DNA of 64,000 nt from the NCBI GenBank assembly GCA_030141605.1, contig JAQGDQ010000419.1, forward strand, positions 139,168-203,167, in the 5' to 3' direction. A program made the translations under genes and the position numbers. This document shows, one piece after another, positions 35,401 to 47,469 of this stretch (the stretch's first letter is position 1; the number at the start of each line of letters is the position of its first letter). Below the pieces are notes generated by a model. That model had not been told where the DNA came from, did not search any database, and saw only the letters and a list, made by a program, of their open reading frames with translations. The stretch comes from Tubiluchus corallicola. Lineage: Eukaryota; Animalia; Priapulida.

Positions 35401-38400
35401 CTTTTACTGTTTATACCTTTCTGCCCCTCAGTCTTCACATACTTTCAACTGCACATACGGGTCCACATCATTAAAGGAAAAGTCAAGTTTCAAACAACAT
35501 GAAGTGCAATTAAACTACAACTAAAAATATTGCAATTACTGCAGAATACACGAACATATAAGATGTTGCTTAAAATTTACAATTCTTACTTCCGGCCAAA
35601 CGAAATAAGCTGTTGACATACTTGAAAAATTAGTTTTAGGAAAGCTGACCAACATGAAAATGCGCTGCAGGCCATCTCGCTATCTGACGACTATTAGCAG
35701 CGATATTAAATCCTTAATACATTGTATTTTTTAAGGTTACACTTGGCTATGAAGGAAACTTTTTGTGTGGAGCCACAATCATCAACGAACGATGGGTATT
35801 GACAGCAGCTCATTGTCTGCTTGGGTAAGTATATCACTTTTGACAGCAAGTTACGACAGACAGCAGAAGTGCAAAATACAATGCGTCAATTATCAGCAGT
35901 TCTTGTGTGTTTAAGTAAGTACGTCATTTTCAAAGCACGCGGTTACAAAGAAGTGCGTAATACAATGCGTCAATTATCAGCAGCTTGTTGTGTGTTTAAG
36001 TAAGTACGTCATTTTTCAAAGCATGCGGTAACAAAGAAGTGCATAATACAATGCGTCAATCATGAACAGCTCCTTGTGTGTTTAAGTAAGTACATCACTT
36101 TTCAAAGCACGCGGTTACAAAGAAGTGCGTAATACAATGCGTCAATTATCAGCAGCTCGTTGTATGTTTAAGTAAGTACATCACTTTTCAAAGCACGCGG
36201 TTACAAAGAAGTGCATAGTACAATGCGTCAATTATCAGCAGCTCGTTGTGTGTTTAAGTAAGTACGTCATTTTTCAAAGCACACGGCTACAAAGAAGTGC
36301 ATAGTACAATGCGTCAATGATCAGCAGCTCATTGTGTGTTTAAGTAAGTACGTCATTTTCAAAGCACGAGGTTACAAAGAAGTGCATAATACAATGCATC
36401 AATTATCAGCAGCTCGTGTTCTTGAGTAAGTACGTCATTTTCAAAGCACGCGGTAACAAAGAAGTGCATAACACAATGCGTCAATTATCAGCAGCTCGTT
36501 GTGTGTTTAAATAAGTACATCACTTTTCAAAGCACGCGGTTACAAAGAAGTGCGTAATACAATGCGTCAATTATCAGCAGCTCATGTTCTTGAGTAAGTA
36601 CATCACTTTTCAAAGCACGCGGTTACAAAGAAGTACATAGTACAATGCATTAATTATCAGCAGTTCATTGATGTGTTTTTGGGTAAATACTTTTGACAGC
36701 ACATTGTACAACGTGTTGTACATTCCACAGTGCACCTAGTAGGAAGTGCATAGAATTTTGATCATAATAGGAAAAGATTTACTAAAATGGAAAGAAAATG
36801 GATTTTTAATGTATATTAGAAAATTTTCCGGACAAAGTTATATTACTTAACATTACGCTTATCCATTTTCTGCTATTTGAAAGATTAATTGAAAAAGAAA
36901 ATTCTTGAATATAATTTAAAATTCCTGCCCCAACTGGGTAAATGTCACTAAACCATGATCCCAGTGTGCACTTCTGCTTATCAAAAACCCATCATTGATC
37001 TTATTGACAATAATATGAAGTAATTAAAACTTTCGTTTAGCGAATAATGTGCTACAAATGCTCTGGTATGTTTTCAAATTTATGTAATATTATTACAAGT
37101 TTTATAAAGCGTTGCAGCCAATGAAAGTCCTAATTGCAATAAGACAGCATGTAAGTGATACAAATATTCAAACTTTTCTACTTATGAAAAGCGTTCTCTT
37201 GTCTTACAAAGCTCCAAACCTGGCCATGATAAAGTAAGTCATATCTAATCAAGCTAAACAACACAGGAACAAGGAAAGTAAATTAAATTTTGCTTAAAAT
37301 TAATTAAATAAATACATAAATAGATCAATATTAAGCGCAGTCAACAGTATAGCATTATTTTCTAGCAAAAAAGCAGGTCCACACTTTGAAGTTTACATGG
37401 GAAGCAACATTTTTTACAACCCGAAGGTGAAGCGCTTTGTAAGTTTACATGAAGTTTTTTAAATTTACATGCATGAGTTCATATTTACATGAACTTCTTA
37501 CGTTTATAATTATGGGGTTTAATTTTTTGAATCGGTCCCCCTAGGACGAACAGGTGGGGAAAACCTCCAAAAATGTCCATTTTACCCATTTTTTTGCAAA
37601 ACTTATACTTCTTGTTTCTAGAGAATTGAAATGTGTCGGCAGTGGTGCTGATAATGGTTAGATAGCCCTTTCAATGGTGGGTGTTATAGTCATTTTTAGA
37701 TTTTGCGGGAGGGCCACTAATACCCACTCCCGGCATTTTCCCAGACCCAAGCATACAAATTTTGCAAAAAATTGCTCAAACAGCCTCTGGAAAAACTCAT
37801 TTTGTGCAACTGTTTGGGCATGTTGGGAAAAAATAAGCACACTCGCAGAAAGAGGACGAAACGGTCTACAAAAAACTTAAGGTATCACTAGGGGAGATAT
37901 CCACTGGACGAAACGAGAGAGGTGTATCATCCTTCTACCTTTTTCGTTTCACCAGTCACGGAATCTGATATTATAAGTATATGCAAATGTTTTGATCGAA
38001 ATAAAGGTTCTGGTACGGATAATCTCCGCCACAAAGTTATTATAGATGAAATTGGAAGTATCATTACCTCTTTGACACACATAATTAATATTTCACTTAA
38101 ACTGGTACTGTTCCTTCTAAAACGATCAATTATCATCCCTATCTTCAAATCCAAAGCTTCTTTGGACATTAACAATTATAGACCTATCTCACTGTTACCT
38201 TTTTCAAAAATATTGGAAAAAGTTGTTTACAATAAAATATTATCTTGTTTGCATTATCACAACATAATAAATAATAAGCAGTTTGGTTTTCCGAAAAACA
38301 GCTTAACTGAATTGGCTTGGATAAACATTGTACAGAGTATAACTAAATGCACTGAACAAAATAAAGTAGCAGCAGGGATATCTTGTGACCTCTCTAAGCT

Positions 38401-41400
38401 CTTTGATACTGTTAATCGAAAAATACTTCTTGTTAAACTACATTATTACAGTCTTAGAGGGGTAGTAAAGGCATGGATATCTAGTGATCTTCATCGGAGA
38501 ACACCAGTGGTTCGATATAATAATGTAATTTCAAATGAATACCACAAGGTTCAATTTTAGGTCCACTGCTATTTTTAATATATAAAAATGACATAAAATG
38601 TTCTTTAGCTATTCCAAATCTGTTACAGTTTGCACATGATACGAGCATATTCTTTGAGTTAAATAAGGCTGATAATTTAAAATATATCAGCCGCAAATGA
38701 CAAAATATTGCTATTTGGTTCAAAACGAACGAGTTGTCATTAAATTCTACAAGAACTTAATGTATGATTTTTAGAGCAAGACACAAGAAAATTCCAATTA
38801 ATAATGGTGATATTAACTCCAAAATTCCCCTATTGGAATCATACAGGAAATGAAATTTTTGGGAATCATTCTAAGTGAACACATGGATTGGAAGCCGCAC
38901 ATAGACACGATCAAAAGTGAAATTTCAAAAAGTATAGGTGTCATATGTAGGACTAAAATTGCTTTACTAACTGACATCTAATAACCTTGTACAATTGTTT
39001 AATGTTACCATACTTCACATACTGTTGTCTCCTTTGGGAAGAGAATATCTTAGTTTAGCATGTTTTAAAACTAATAAACTTTTAACTGTTGACGATTTAA
39101 TACACCTGAATACAGCTATATGTATAAAACTAAATATCATCTATTTTCAACATTCTTTAATAATCCAGTCCGTTATGCAACCAGAATGAACGAGTTTGTA
39201 GAACGGACGTGGCACATCAGTGTACATCATTTTTTGGAGTTTCTTTTCTGTCACATTACTCACATTTTTTAGGCTACTGGGATGGGATCGGTTTAGCAAT
39301 CAAATTATTAAGCACTTTATGTTCTGTGAATTAAAGCTAAAGCAGGCCTAATCAGGAGTGGTGGCAACCCTATTCACATATGATACATTATAATGTCGTA
39401 CGTGAACTTAATTAGCTTTCGCATTGTTGCTTTACGCAGGCGAATGCTTTCAAGATGCACCCTCTCTATGCGAATGATTCGACCAGAGCTAAAGAAAATG
39501 ATATTGCCCTCGTCCAAATGCACAGCCGCGTCACGTTTGATAAATATGTTCAGCCTACGTTACTACCACGTCACCGCTGGACTCACCCGAGAAATGAAAC
39601 AGTTGTGATTTTATTAGGATGGGGCGTTCGAGATCCAGGTAATTTACAGGTTAAACAGAGAAGAAAAGAATATTTCGACTATATGGGATAGCTAGTTTTA
39701 TGACTGCTTTATCAGTTTTCACTATTTATGCATGAAATAGTTCCGCCCCCATTTAAGGATAATTTTAATTTGTGTCACAGGAAACAGAAAAAGAAGTTAC
39801 CTTTTCTCTCATTTTTGTTGCTTTTCACAAATTTATGTTCGTTCCTTAAATGCAATATTAGAAACGTGTCTGGAATTGCAAAAGTTATAGTTATGCATAA
39901 CTTTGAATGTTTGGTGTAGTATGTTTATTTAATTTTTTGGAAGGTCTGCTGTTTTGTGATTAACGGATAAAATATTTTATCAGATTTTTAACTAGAAAGT
40001 TGTGCTAGAACATTTTTTGCTTTAAGAAACGATTTTTGTTGCATCATTTCATGAACGTCTTTCAAAGTGGCACAATTTCTGATAGAGAATTAGGCAGTAC
40101 GGATCAAAAATCTCACCTTCAAGAGATAATAATTTGTATTTCATTCTTAGACAAAAACCGACGATGCCCAACCTTGTAAAATATTTTAAAACATTAACGA
40201 GTCTGTTCTTTAAAACAATTAAAATATTGAATGAGTCCGTTCATTTAAAATAATTAAAACAATTAACGAGTCTGTTCCCTTAAAGCAATTAAATCGATTA
40301 ATTAGCCTGTTCGTTTAAAACAATTAAAGCTATTTAACGAGTCTATTCTGATCTTCAGTCCTAATGAGCTGCCACCTGTTGGCCAGTGTGCCAACTCATC
40401 TACTGCCTTGGGAAAAAAGGAAATAGTAAACAGCGGTTTAAAAATTAATTTGATCGTCACAGAGTTAGCAACATAAGTAGCACCTCTAAATTCGGTCTGC
40501 GTAGAAATTGAGCAGGCCTCACCCATACATAACTACTCACTTAATGGTTTTAAACCCCTCGTCGAAGTGATAATGTGTTCAAAAAAGAATTTATGTGCAT
40601 AATGAGTGAAAATAATCATTCAGCCAACTACACTTTACTAAAATTTCATGCTTTGTCGACAAAATTAAGCTGGCCTTGTTTCACGAAACCGTCACTAACT
40701 TAACAACGTCGTTATGGCTCTTTCTTGCACGACGTCATGCCACTAAGTGTCATGGCGGGCGATAATAATTGTTACAGTACCAACCGCATTTAATTTACAT
40801 TACCTATCACATAAAAGTATGCAACAGAACTGTTTCTAAAAATAAGAAATTCTGCGTATGCTATAAAAGACAATAATATAAAAATAGTATTATAAGATCT
40901 TTAAAGCACAAGAAAACCCTACATAAACATAAAGCTTAAAAAACTCGTCTTGAAATTTTATATCACTTATAGTATACGGCCTTTCTGCTTGCAGGACTTC
41001 AATCAGCAATCACGCCATATAAAACATGTAAATTTAAACTCCCGCGATGACTGTCAGACGCAGATTTTTACGACAGGTCATTTAAAACATGTTTAGATAA
41101 CATTGCTTGTCAACGACGTTTTACCAACTCGCAAAAACATTTTAAATACTTTGAATAATTAAAAATTTTCATTTTTAGTTACATAAGTCTTTGTAGCAGG
41201 TAAGCGAAAAGCTAAGTAATATAGTTTTGCTAGGAAAGCTTTTTGGGACGTAATTTAGCATTTATTTTTCTTCCCATGATTTACGTTGTGCGTAGGTGAC
41301 GTCATGTAATGACGCCTTAGGAATAGTATTATGGGAGATTTAATGAAGATAAACAAAAATTCCTTTCAATGCGAACACGATATAGGCATAAAATTGCTAT

Positions 41401-42533
41401 AAAGTCATGTAATTGTTTAACGCAATTTTTCTGAAACGTATTTCTGCTACCCCTTTTCTTGTCTTTTGGATGAATGTAATAAAGACTTCGTTAACTTTGT
41501 ATATATATATATATATGGTTCTTTTTTCAAAGTTGGTGATACGTCAAAGAACTTACAAAAGACGACATTTTCAATTAGCGATGTGAAGCAGTGTGATTTT
41601 ATATTTGATGACACTTTCTCCATTTGCATGTATAAGCCAGGACGGAGCGCTTGTTTCGTAAGTGTAGTAAAATTACTTTATTGAAAAAGTATTAATGGCA
41701 GCTAGCCCTACATGAATACTTCACTGCAATGTTATAAGCAAATATGATAGTACTTAAAAAATTGAACACTGAATAAAATACATCACTTACCCAATACAAC
41801 AATGTTTAAGAAAAAGCACTTATTAAAAATAAATAAAATTGACTTTTAAACTGTTTAACGTAAGACGAATGCAAGAAAACTTTACACTCTGAAAAAGCTG
41901 ATATCCTGGTCATAGACAGAAATCGAAAAACGTCTAAAATTGTTTGAAGTGAGCGTCATCGAGAGAATCAACTGGTTTCAATGGAGGAGGTTTAACCCAT
42001 TTCGGCAATTTTTCATGAAAATTACGTAATATGAAGCAATGGCTAATCTGGATGTGTTATTGCAGAAATTTTCAATTTCTTTTAGCTAATAACTAGGCAA
42101 TTATAGAATGTTTTGAGATTTTGTTCATTATTATCTGAAATTTGAGATTATATGTTTATATATAATACACACACATATATATATAAACACATATACATAT
42201 AATATTATTCTGTAAATCGATAAAGAAAAGCCTTTTTGGGAAAATCGTACAGTACAAACAAACTATTCACAGGGTGACTCAGGTGGTCCACTGATACTGA
42301 AAGCTACCAGAGAACAAATTGGAGTTATAACTACTGGTGGTAATAAACAGTGCAATACTTTCAGTCTATGTTTAAAAGTTTCTAATTATCTAGACTGGAT
42401 TAAGAATGATAGTTCAAAGGTTCAGCCAAGTCTGTCTGGTGCAGCTTCAAAATGTTACCTGACTTTATTGACAATAATTACCGTTGTTGCGGCTGTACGT
42501 TTCGGTTTGTGGGCAGGTACAGAGTTAAAGTAA
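32488..42533 (+). CDS. Chymotrypsin-family (S1A) serine protease, copy 1, 329 aa. Exons 32488-32659, 34538-34608, 35736-35824, 37366-37438, 39440-39638, 41533-41657, 42273-42533
   Basis: Signal peptide MPHNIATVFVLYCTSWLVFVTS; activation site R|IIGG; triad motifs TAAHC, NDIAL, GDSGGP; hydrophobic C-tail; all GT-AG, phases 1,0,2,0,1,0, no stops. Confidence 0.92.
32945..33415. repeat. CAC/CCA-rich low-complexity tract; paralog 52705-53105
   Basis: Degenerate (CACCA)n. Confidence 0.9.
33640..34290 (+). mobile_element. Dispersed non-coding repeat, DINE-1/Helentron-associated (HINE)-like; paralog at ~53330-53975
   Basis: Also present inverted at 37497-37927 and 57030-57458; GAGAGCTTTCATTTGA motif followed by (TA)n. 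Family assignment is inference. Confidence 0.55.
35802..36700 (+). repeat. ~86-bp minisatellite, ~10 units, spanning the exon 3 donor of protease copy 1
   Basis: Unit CAGCAGCTC(A/G)TTGTGTGTTTAA-GTAAGTAC...CAATTAT. Confidence 0.95.
37497..37927 (-). mobile_element. Inverted copy of the same dispersed repeat, abutting the LINE fragment; paralog 57030-57458
   Basis: Reverse complement aligns to ~33770-34200. Confidence 0.7.
37928..39215 (+). mobile_element. 5'-truncated decayed LINE RT fragment (CR1/L2 group) in protease copy 1 intron 4
   Basis: NNYRPISLL, KQFGF, CDLSKLFDTV, PQGSILGPLLF, FAHDT (degenerate FADDT); stops and frameshifts. Confidence 0.9.
40190..40345. repeat. ~33-bp degenerate tandem repeat; paralog 60395-60720 carries an extra ~170-bp duplication
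   Basis: TTAACGAGTCTGTTC.TTAAAACAATTAAAA units. Confidence 0.8.
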
Positions 42534-44046
42534 AGCTATTCCACATATAAATTTGGCTACGTAAATTTGCAATGTTCACTGGCAAATCTGTGTTTTCAAA
42601 AACTCTTCAAAATAGTTCTAAATCATCCATTGAGGCGTGTGTGTACCTTGATTATCGTACTCCCGTTTGTATTACCAGAATTTCCAAACCAGCAATGAGT
42701 GCGTTCAAAAGCAAATTTACTGTTAACCTTACTACCAGTGATATAACGATTTGATTTTTAATTTAAAAGAAGCCATATAGATGTATCTTTCCTATTTAAA
42801 TTCCTATCCTGATAAGCCTGTATCAAAAGAAAAAACTGAACGCAATTTGTTCTTAGTTTTTGGACGTCTTGATCTATAGTATCCGTAATATTTACCTAAT
42901 TTCCATACATATTACATAACATCTGCTGTTATTTTTGTATTGTGGATTATACATGTATTTAGTCTATACTTTCAATAATATCAAAAAGAAACATTTATTA
43001 CATATTTATTACTGGAATATGAGGTTCGTGTTTTTGTTCTTACATTTGCTTATATGTTCTTCATTCATACTGATATGAGTATCAAAGACAGCTAAAGCAG
43101 TTTCGGGATTACAAGAGTAAGTTGTAACTCACAGAATGGCTTCTTGACTTCTTCATCAGTCCAACAAGTTTATTTATGAACATTTCTTTGGTTCTTTATT
43201 AGCAATACAGGCACACAACACAGTAGCGAAACAATTCACTGGTTTAGCGCCTGCAGATTATCTGTGAACAGTTAGTACAAGCGTTCCTCTGTTCCCTAAA
43301 AATTTGTCTTTAGTATTTCCTGCAAGCACTTGCCTAGCTTCAGTATACTCAACTGACATGCTGGTACTGATGTTGCAACTTGTAAAGAAGTTACAAACTC
43401 AGTAAAGTTCAAGTTCTGCTTTTCAATGGAGGTAAACTGACGGCAAAGAATGCATAAAATACGGGTTAGTCAAACAAATTATTTAATAAAAGTTCAAGTG
43501 GGCACGCTCACGCTTAACAATATTAACAGTGATACTGTTATATGGATAATATTGACAACAATACTGTGCAATATTGAATGGTTGCCAATATTAATGGACA
43601 TTTGTAGACGATATTGAAGATTGCGCAATATTGCATTCATGTATCGCCTGTGGTAGAAGGAAACAGTCGCGTAATATTACTGTCAATGTTACTCTGGAAT
43701 ATTGACCTATTGTAGAATGCCGATATTATTGCGGATGTGTATACTTCCTTTAAAGATACAACATATTTGAAAATATTGCTAAATTATTTCATTTTTTAAC
43801 TCTTCATTCGTTTATTTTTGTTTATTTTTCAAGATTCCGGAAAAATCATTTGACAAAGACATTATAATGCGCACGTTAATCAAACTGAGTTAAGTATCTA
43901 ATTATGGAATTCTTCTCTCGCTCGTACTGTTAGCTGCCACATCTGACAACGCCTAATATTTATTTAGTTTCATCCTACACTTCATTCTGCAAACTGTACA
44001 ACTGTAAAAGAGTGGAAGCATCCATAAATGTTAGCTAGCCATATAA

Positions 44047-45690
44047 TTATAGGCCTACAGTAAGAAAAATTCCAAATAAACAGAGGCAAGCATTCAGAAT
44101 TTTTAAAACTTGAACAGCGCTAGAGTGAAAGACAGGAAGTTGATTGGCTGGATTCTCAGGATCACAAAACAGTGACAGTGGCATTTCGTCCGAGTCATGT
44201 CTATAATTTGGTACTCCACAATCAAATACTGAAGCAACCCACCATTCCGACTTCAACCATTTCATGCTACAGTTACAGTGCAGGGGGCTAGCTGAAAATG
44301 CGAAATTAAACGTTCAAATAGTTTATTTCTTCATCAACAATGCGCAAAACATTTAATTTACAAAATTTCAGCATTACTTTCTGACTTTTTATCACCACCT
44401 CTCAAGTTCTGTCAACATATTGACTAATGACGACTAATTAAATAGAGATTATGACGGCGGGCTTTACTTTCTTACTGGTTCTCTGTTCTTTATTTAAACC
44501 ACTATTACTTCAACAATTCCCAAACTAGTACTCCTAGCTGAGCGGTGAGGTAGTAGTATACAGATATTAGTAGTTTAGAAACTGAATCAGTTTCTCATAG
44601 GTACTTTTACAGGGCGTACCTTGAGACAAAAGATGTGGGTTCGAATCACGAGTGGTATCTTAAGTGTCGGTCTTGAGTTACTGTTATTGCGTTTAGCTAA
44701 CAAAGTGTGAGCTATTCATAACAATTTTACTATTTAAATACTTCTTAAACGTTCACAAAAAAAAACGCACTCCAAGATACATATTTTTGTGTATAAAGAA
44801 CGATCAAAATTTAATGAACAAATTTGTGATGATTAAAAGATAATTTCCAAAATCAATCAGAATGCTGCACTCCCTTTTGGTTTAAAATTAAAAGTATTTT
44901 CAAGGGCAGTCTCTCAGGAAACAAGATTATACTTAATCACTAGAGTGTAGCTGTTTTTCAGTAGAGCGTACCTAAATCATGTTATACTTTAAACAACAAA
45001 CCTTCAAATTGTTGCAAAACTAACAAAATTATTAAGTGAAGAGTGTCACTAAAGACAGATGTGACATTCGATTTTCTTTTTTGTACGTTTGAGTGATTAA
45101 GCCTATTCATGCTTACTTTTTAAATTTAATACTATATCTGTGGGATATCGTCTTTGATGAAGTAATGGCTTTTGCATAAATTGAATACTTGTCTCAATGA
45201 AGATGATTGATGCAATTTTATAATTGTTGGATAGGTCCAGGTCAGCATTTACTAACTGTTTACAATCCATGATAATTATCTGTTTTACGTAATTCATTTC
45301 GTAAAAAGCTCTTGGATGAATCGTCCTTAACTTGTCATTGTGAGAAATCGTGATGCTTGTTCTGATATGATAGTCAGTTCAGCCACATCTTTTTTATCAA
45401 GAAATTTTGCAGGTAGGTCCCTCGACTTGTAATTCAAAATTTTCAGCATCTGCACACCGCAGGCAAGGCATTCCAAATCAAAATTAGTTTTGCCTTGAAT
45501 AGTTGTGCTTCAAGCTCACCACATACGACATTGCATTCGCCAAGTGGAGACCGGGCCTTTGAATTCCAAGATCTGCATTCTGCCATGGACACATCGCATG
45601 GATAATATGATATACTTATCGGCGTTACTGGATGCGGTGTTAATGTGCTTGTTGTTTATGTGCTTAGCCTACGGGCTAACAGCTATAACC
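44047..45690 (-). pseudogene. Leucine-rich-repeat protein gene with LRRCT cap and hydrophobic tail, frameshifted. Exons ~45117-45690 and 44047-44291
   Basis: Peptides QMLKILNYKSRDLPAKFL, SITISHNDKLRTIHPRAF, DLDLSNNYKI. Phase-1 splice A|gtaagc...ttttcag|CT gives LNLKTSPLHCNCSMKWL..C..P....C. At least two frameshifts (~45460, ~45360). Confidence 0.75.
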
Positions 45691-46173
45691 TATATGAAAG
45701 CATTTCAGAAAGTAGATACGTCATTTATAAGTTTAATAGCCACACAATTACAAGAGCTGTTAGTAATTAATTAAGTAAAAGTGTAATTGAAAAGGTTTGT
45801 AACTTGGTTTTTGAATAGCGGGTGTGCGAAAGGGTGGGACAACTTGGCTATGATGTGTTTGATGTTGATGTTAAGCTAGAAAAATAGAAAGAGTGATGAA
45901 GAAGCTACCGAAAGAAATACGAAAGTGTTTGAGTCACGGGAACGCAAAAGTATAAATAATTTGTTCTGTAAGCTATAATTCAGCAATTATTAATATACTA
46001 CAGATTTAATTTAAGTAATTAAAACACCCAATTATTGCTTCAATCTTGCGCAGACGTTCTTTTGCTTCACTCATACTTGCACTGAGTGGGTGATCATGCA
46101 AGTTTAATAAACCATCTAGTTTTAACACTGTTAATGCTCACTTGGATTTAGTTATGTTATTAGAATGTTAATG

Positions 46174-46437
46174 TCTAGATTAATGACGTTGCAAACCCAG
46201 CATTAGTTAAATTTTGATACCAAACTTGGAAGGCAGCAAAGGTGAAAAAGTTGTGATGTAACCTGGGATTGAACCACCGCATCTTCCGTCTATAAGAAAG
46301 ATGGAGAAAATTAGATGCTATGATGTATGTCATGTAAGCAGAATGTAAATCCAGCTACACTTGTTCTCATCCCTATCTGTTAAGTTTGGTATCAAAATTC
46401 AATTAATTTTCGGTCTGTGAAATCTTCATTTTAGATT
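46174..46437. repeat. Degenerate inverted repeat
   Basis: AATTTTGATACCAAACTT (46210) / AAGTTTGGTATCAAAATT (46382) with weaker flanking complementarity. Confidence 0.6.
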
Positions 46438-47469
46438 ACTGGGATATTGCTTTTTCCCTAGCAAGTACTATTATTCTGATTAATAAAAGGGAAAAGAAAA
46501 ACGTTCAGTATAAATGATGTTGATTAAAATAGCTTAGATTGCCTACGTATTAAACAGTACTTATACATAATCTTTATTTATTTAAGTGGATTAACAAAGC
46601 AGTTATAACTAATAAAAGTCTCTCCACAGTGCAGGTGCTAGTCAGTCAGTGCATTAAAATACTAGTGCTACTATAACAATCGATAAGATTTTTAAAGCAA
46701 ATAGCATCAATGAGGCATAGGTATATCAAATGGACATACATATTTCAATTAGGCATAAGTATATCACCTGGGCAATAAACAATGCAGTAAATCATCTTAA
46801 TTAAAAACTAGATGAATTCACATCAAAAGAAGTGCAAGCTCTCATCTGCAAGAACAATAGAAATATGTGCTATTACAGTTGCTAGACTCAATACTTATTT
46901 TACTTAAACCTTTTGGTTGATTTTAGAAAACTTCAAACTTTGGTAAATAGAGGCTCATTATTGCAAGAGGTCAATAAATTCATTACATAAATGATTAAAA
47001 TTTACAATTTGCTCATAACTAACTAACGAAATTGTTAGAAGCAGTTCATTCGGGAAATATTGCATTCGTTTCCGTAACGTGTGTTACGATACATGGCATG
47101 CGACGTCATGATCATGTGACTGAACTACAGAGTGGTATTAAAATGACGAAAGCTAATTTACTTGAATTTGCATCAATTACATCAATTGAATTTACGTAAC
47201 GTATTGTGTTAGATAGAATGTTATTTAAAGATAGTGAAAAGTAACTATAAAGTCTGTTTGGTACAGAAAATCTATTATTTTATGGTGAACATTTTATAAT
47301 AAATATAAATATTTAATGTGAAAGTTAATAGTGTGACACAAGTTACATGATATGGCAAATTCAACTAAATCAGCTGACATTGGTAAGGTTACGATTCCAC
47401 TATTAAGAGAAAAACTATGTGAATCATTCCCGAATCAAATGACTATAAATGTTTTTTTTAGATTTAATA

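Larger units (their letters stand above)
32298..43522 (+). repeat. Segmental duplication copy 1 (portion matched within the window)
   Basis: Collinear, high identity with 52065-64000, including introns and shared TE remnants. Confidence 0.97.

Noticed and set aside
2643-36700. Minisatellite periods 28, 29, 58 and ~86 bp look like multiples of ~29
   Set aside because: Units are unrelated in sequence, and other local duplications (42, ~47 bp) do not fit; likely coincidence
43135-43430. ORF 63614-63883 and a WTDEEV Myb-like word on the minus strand
   Set aside because: Paralog has in-frame stops; the motif is too short and surrounded by stops. At most a transposon relic.
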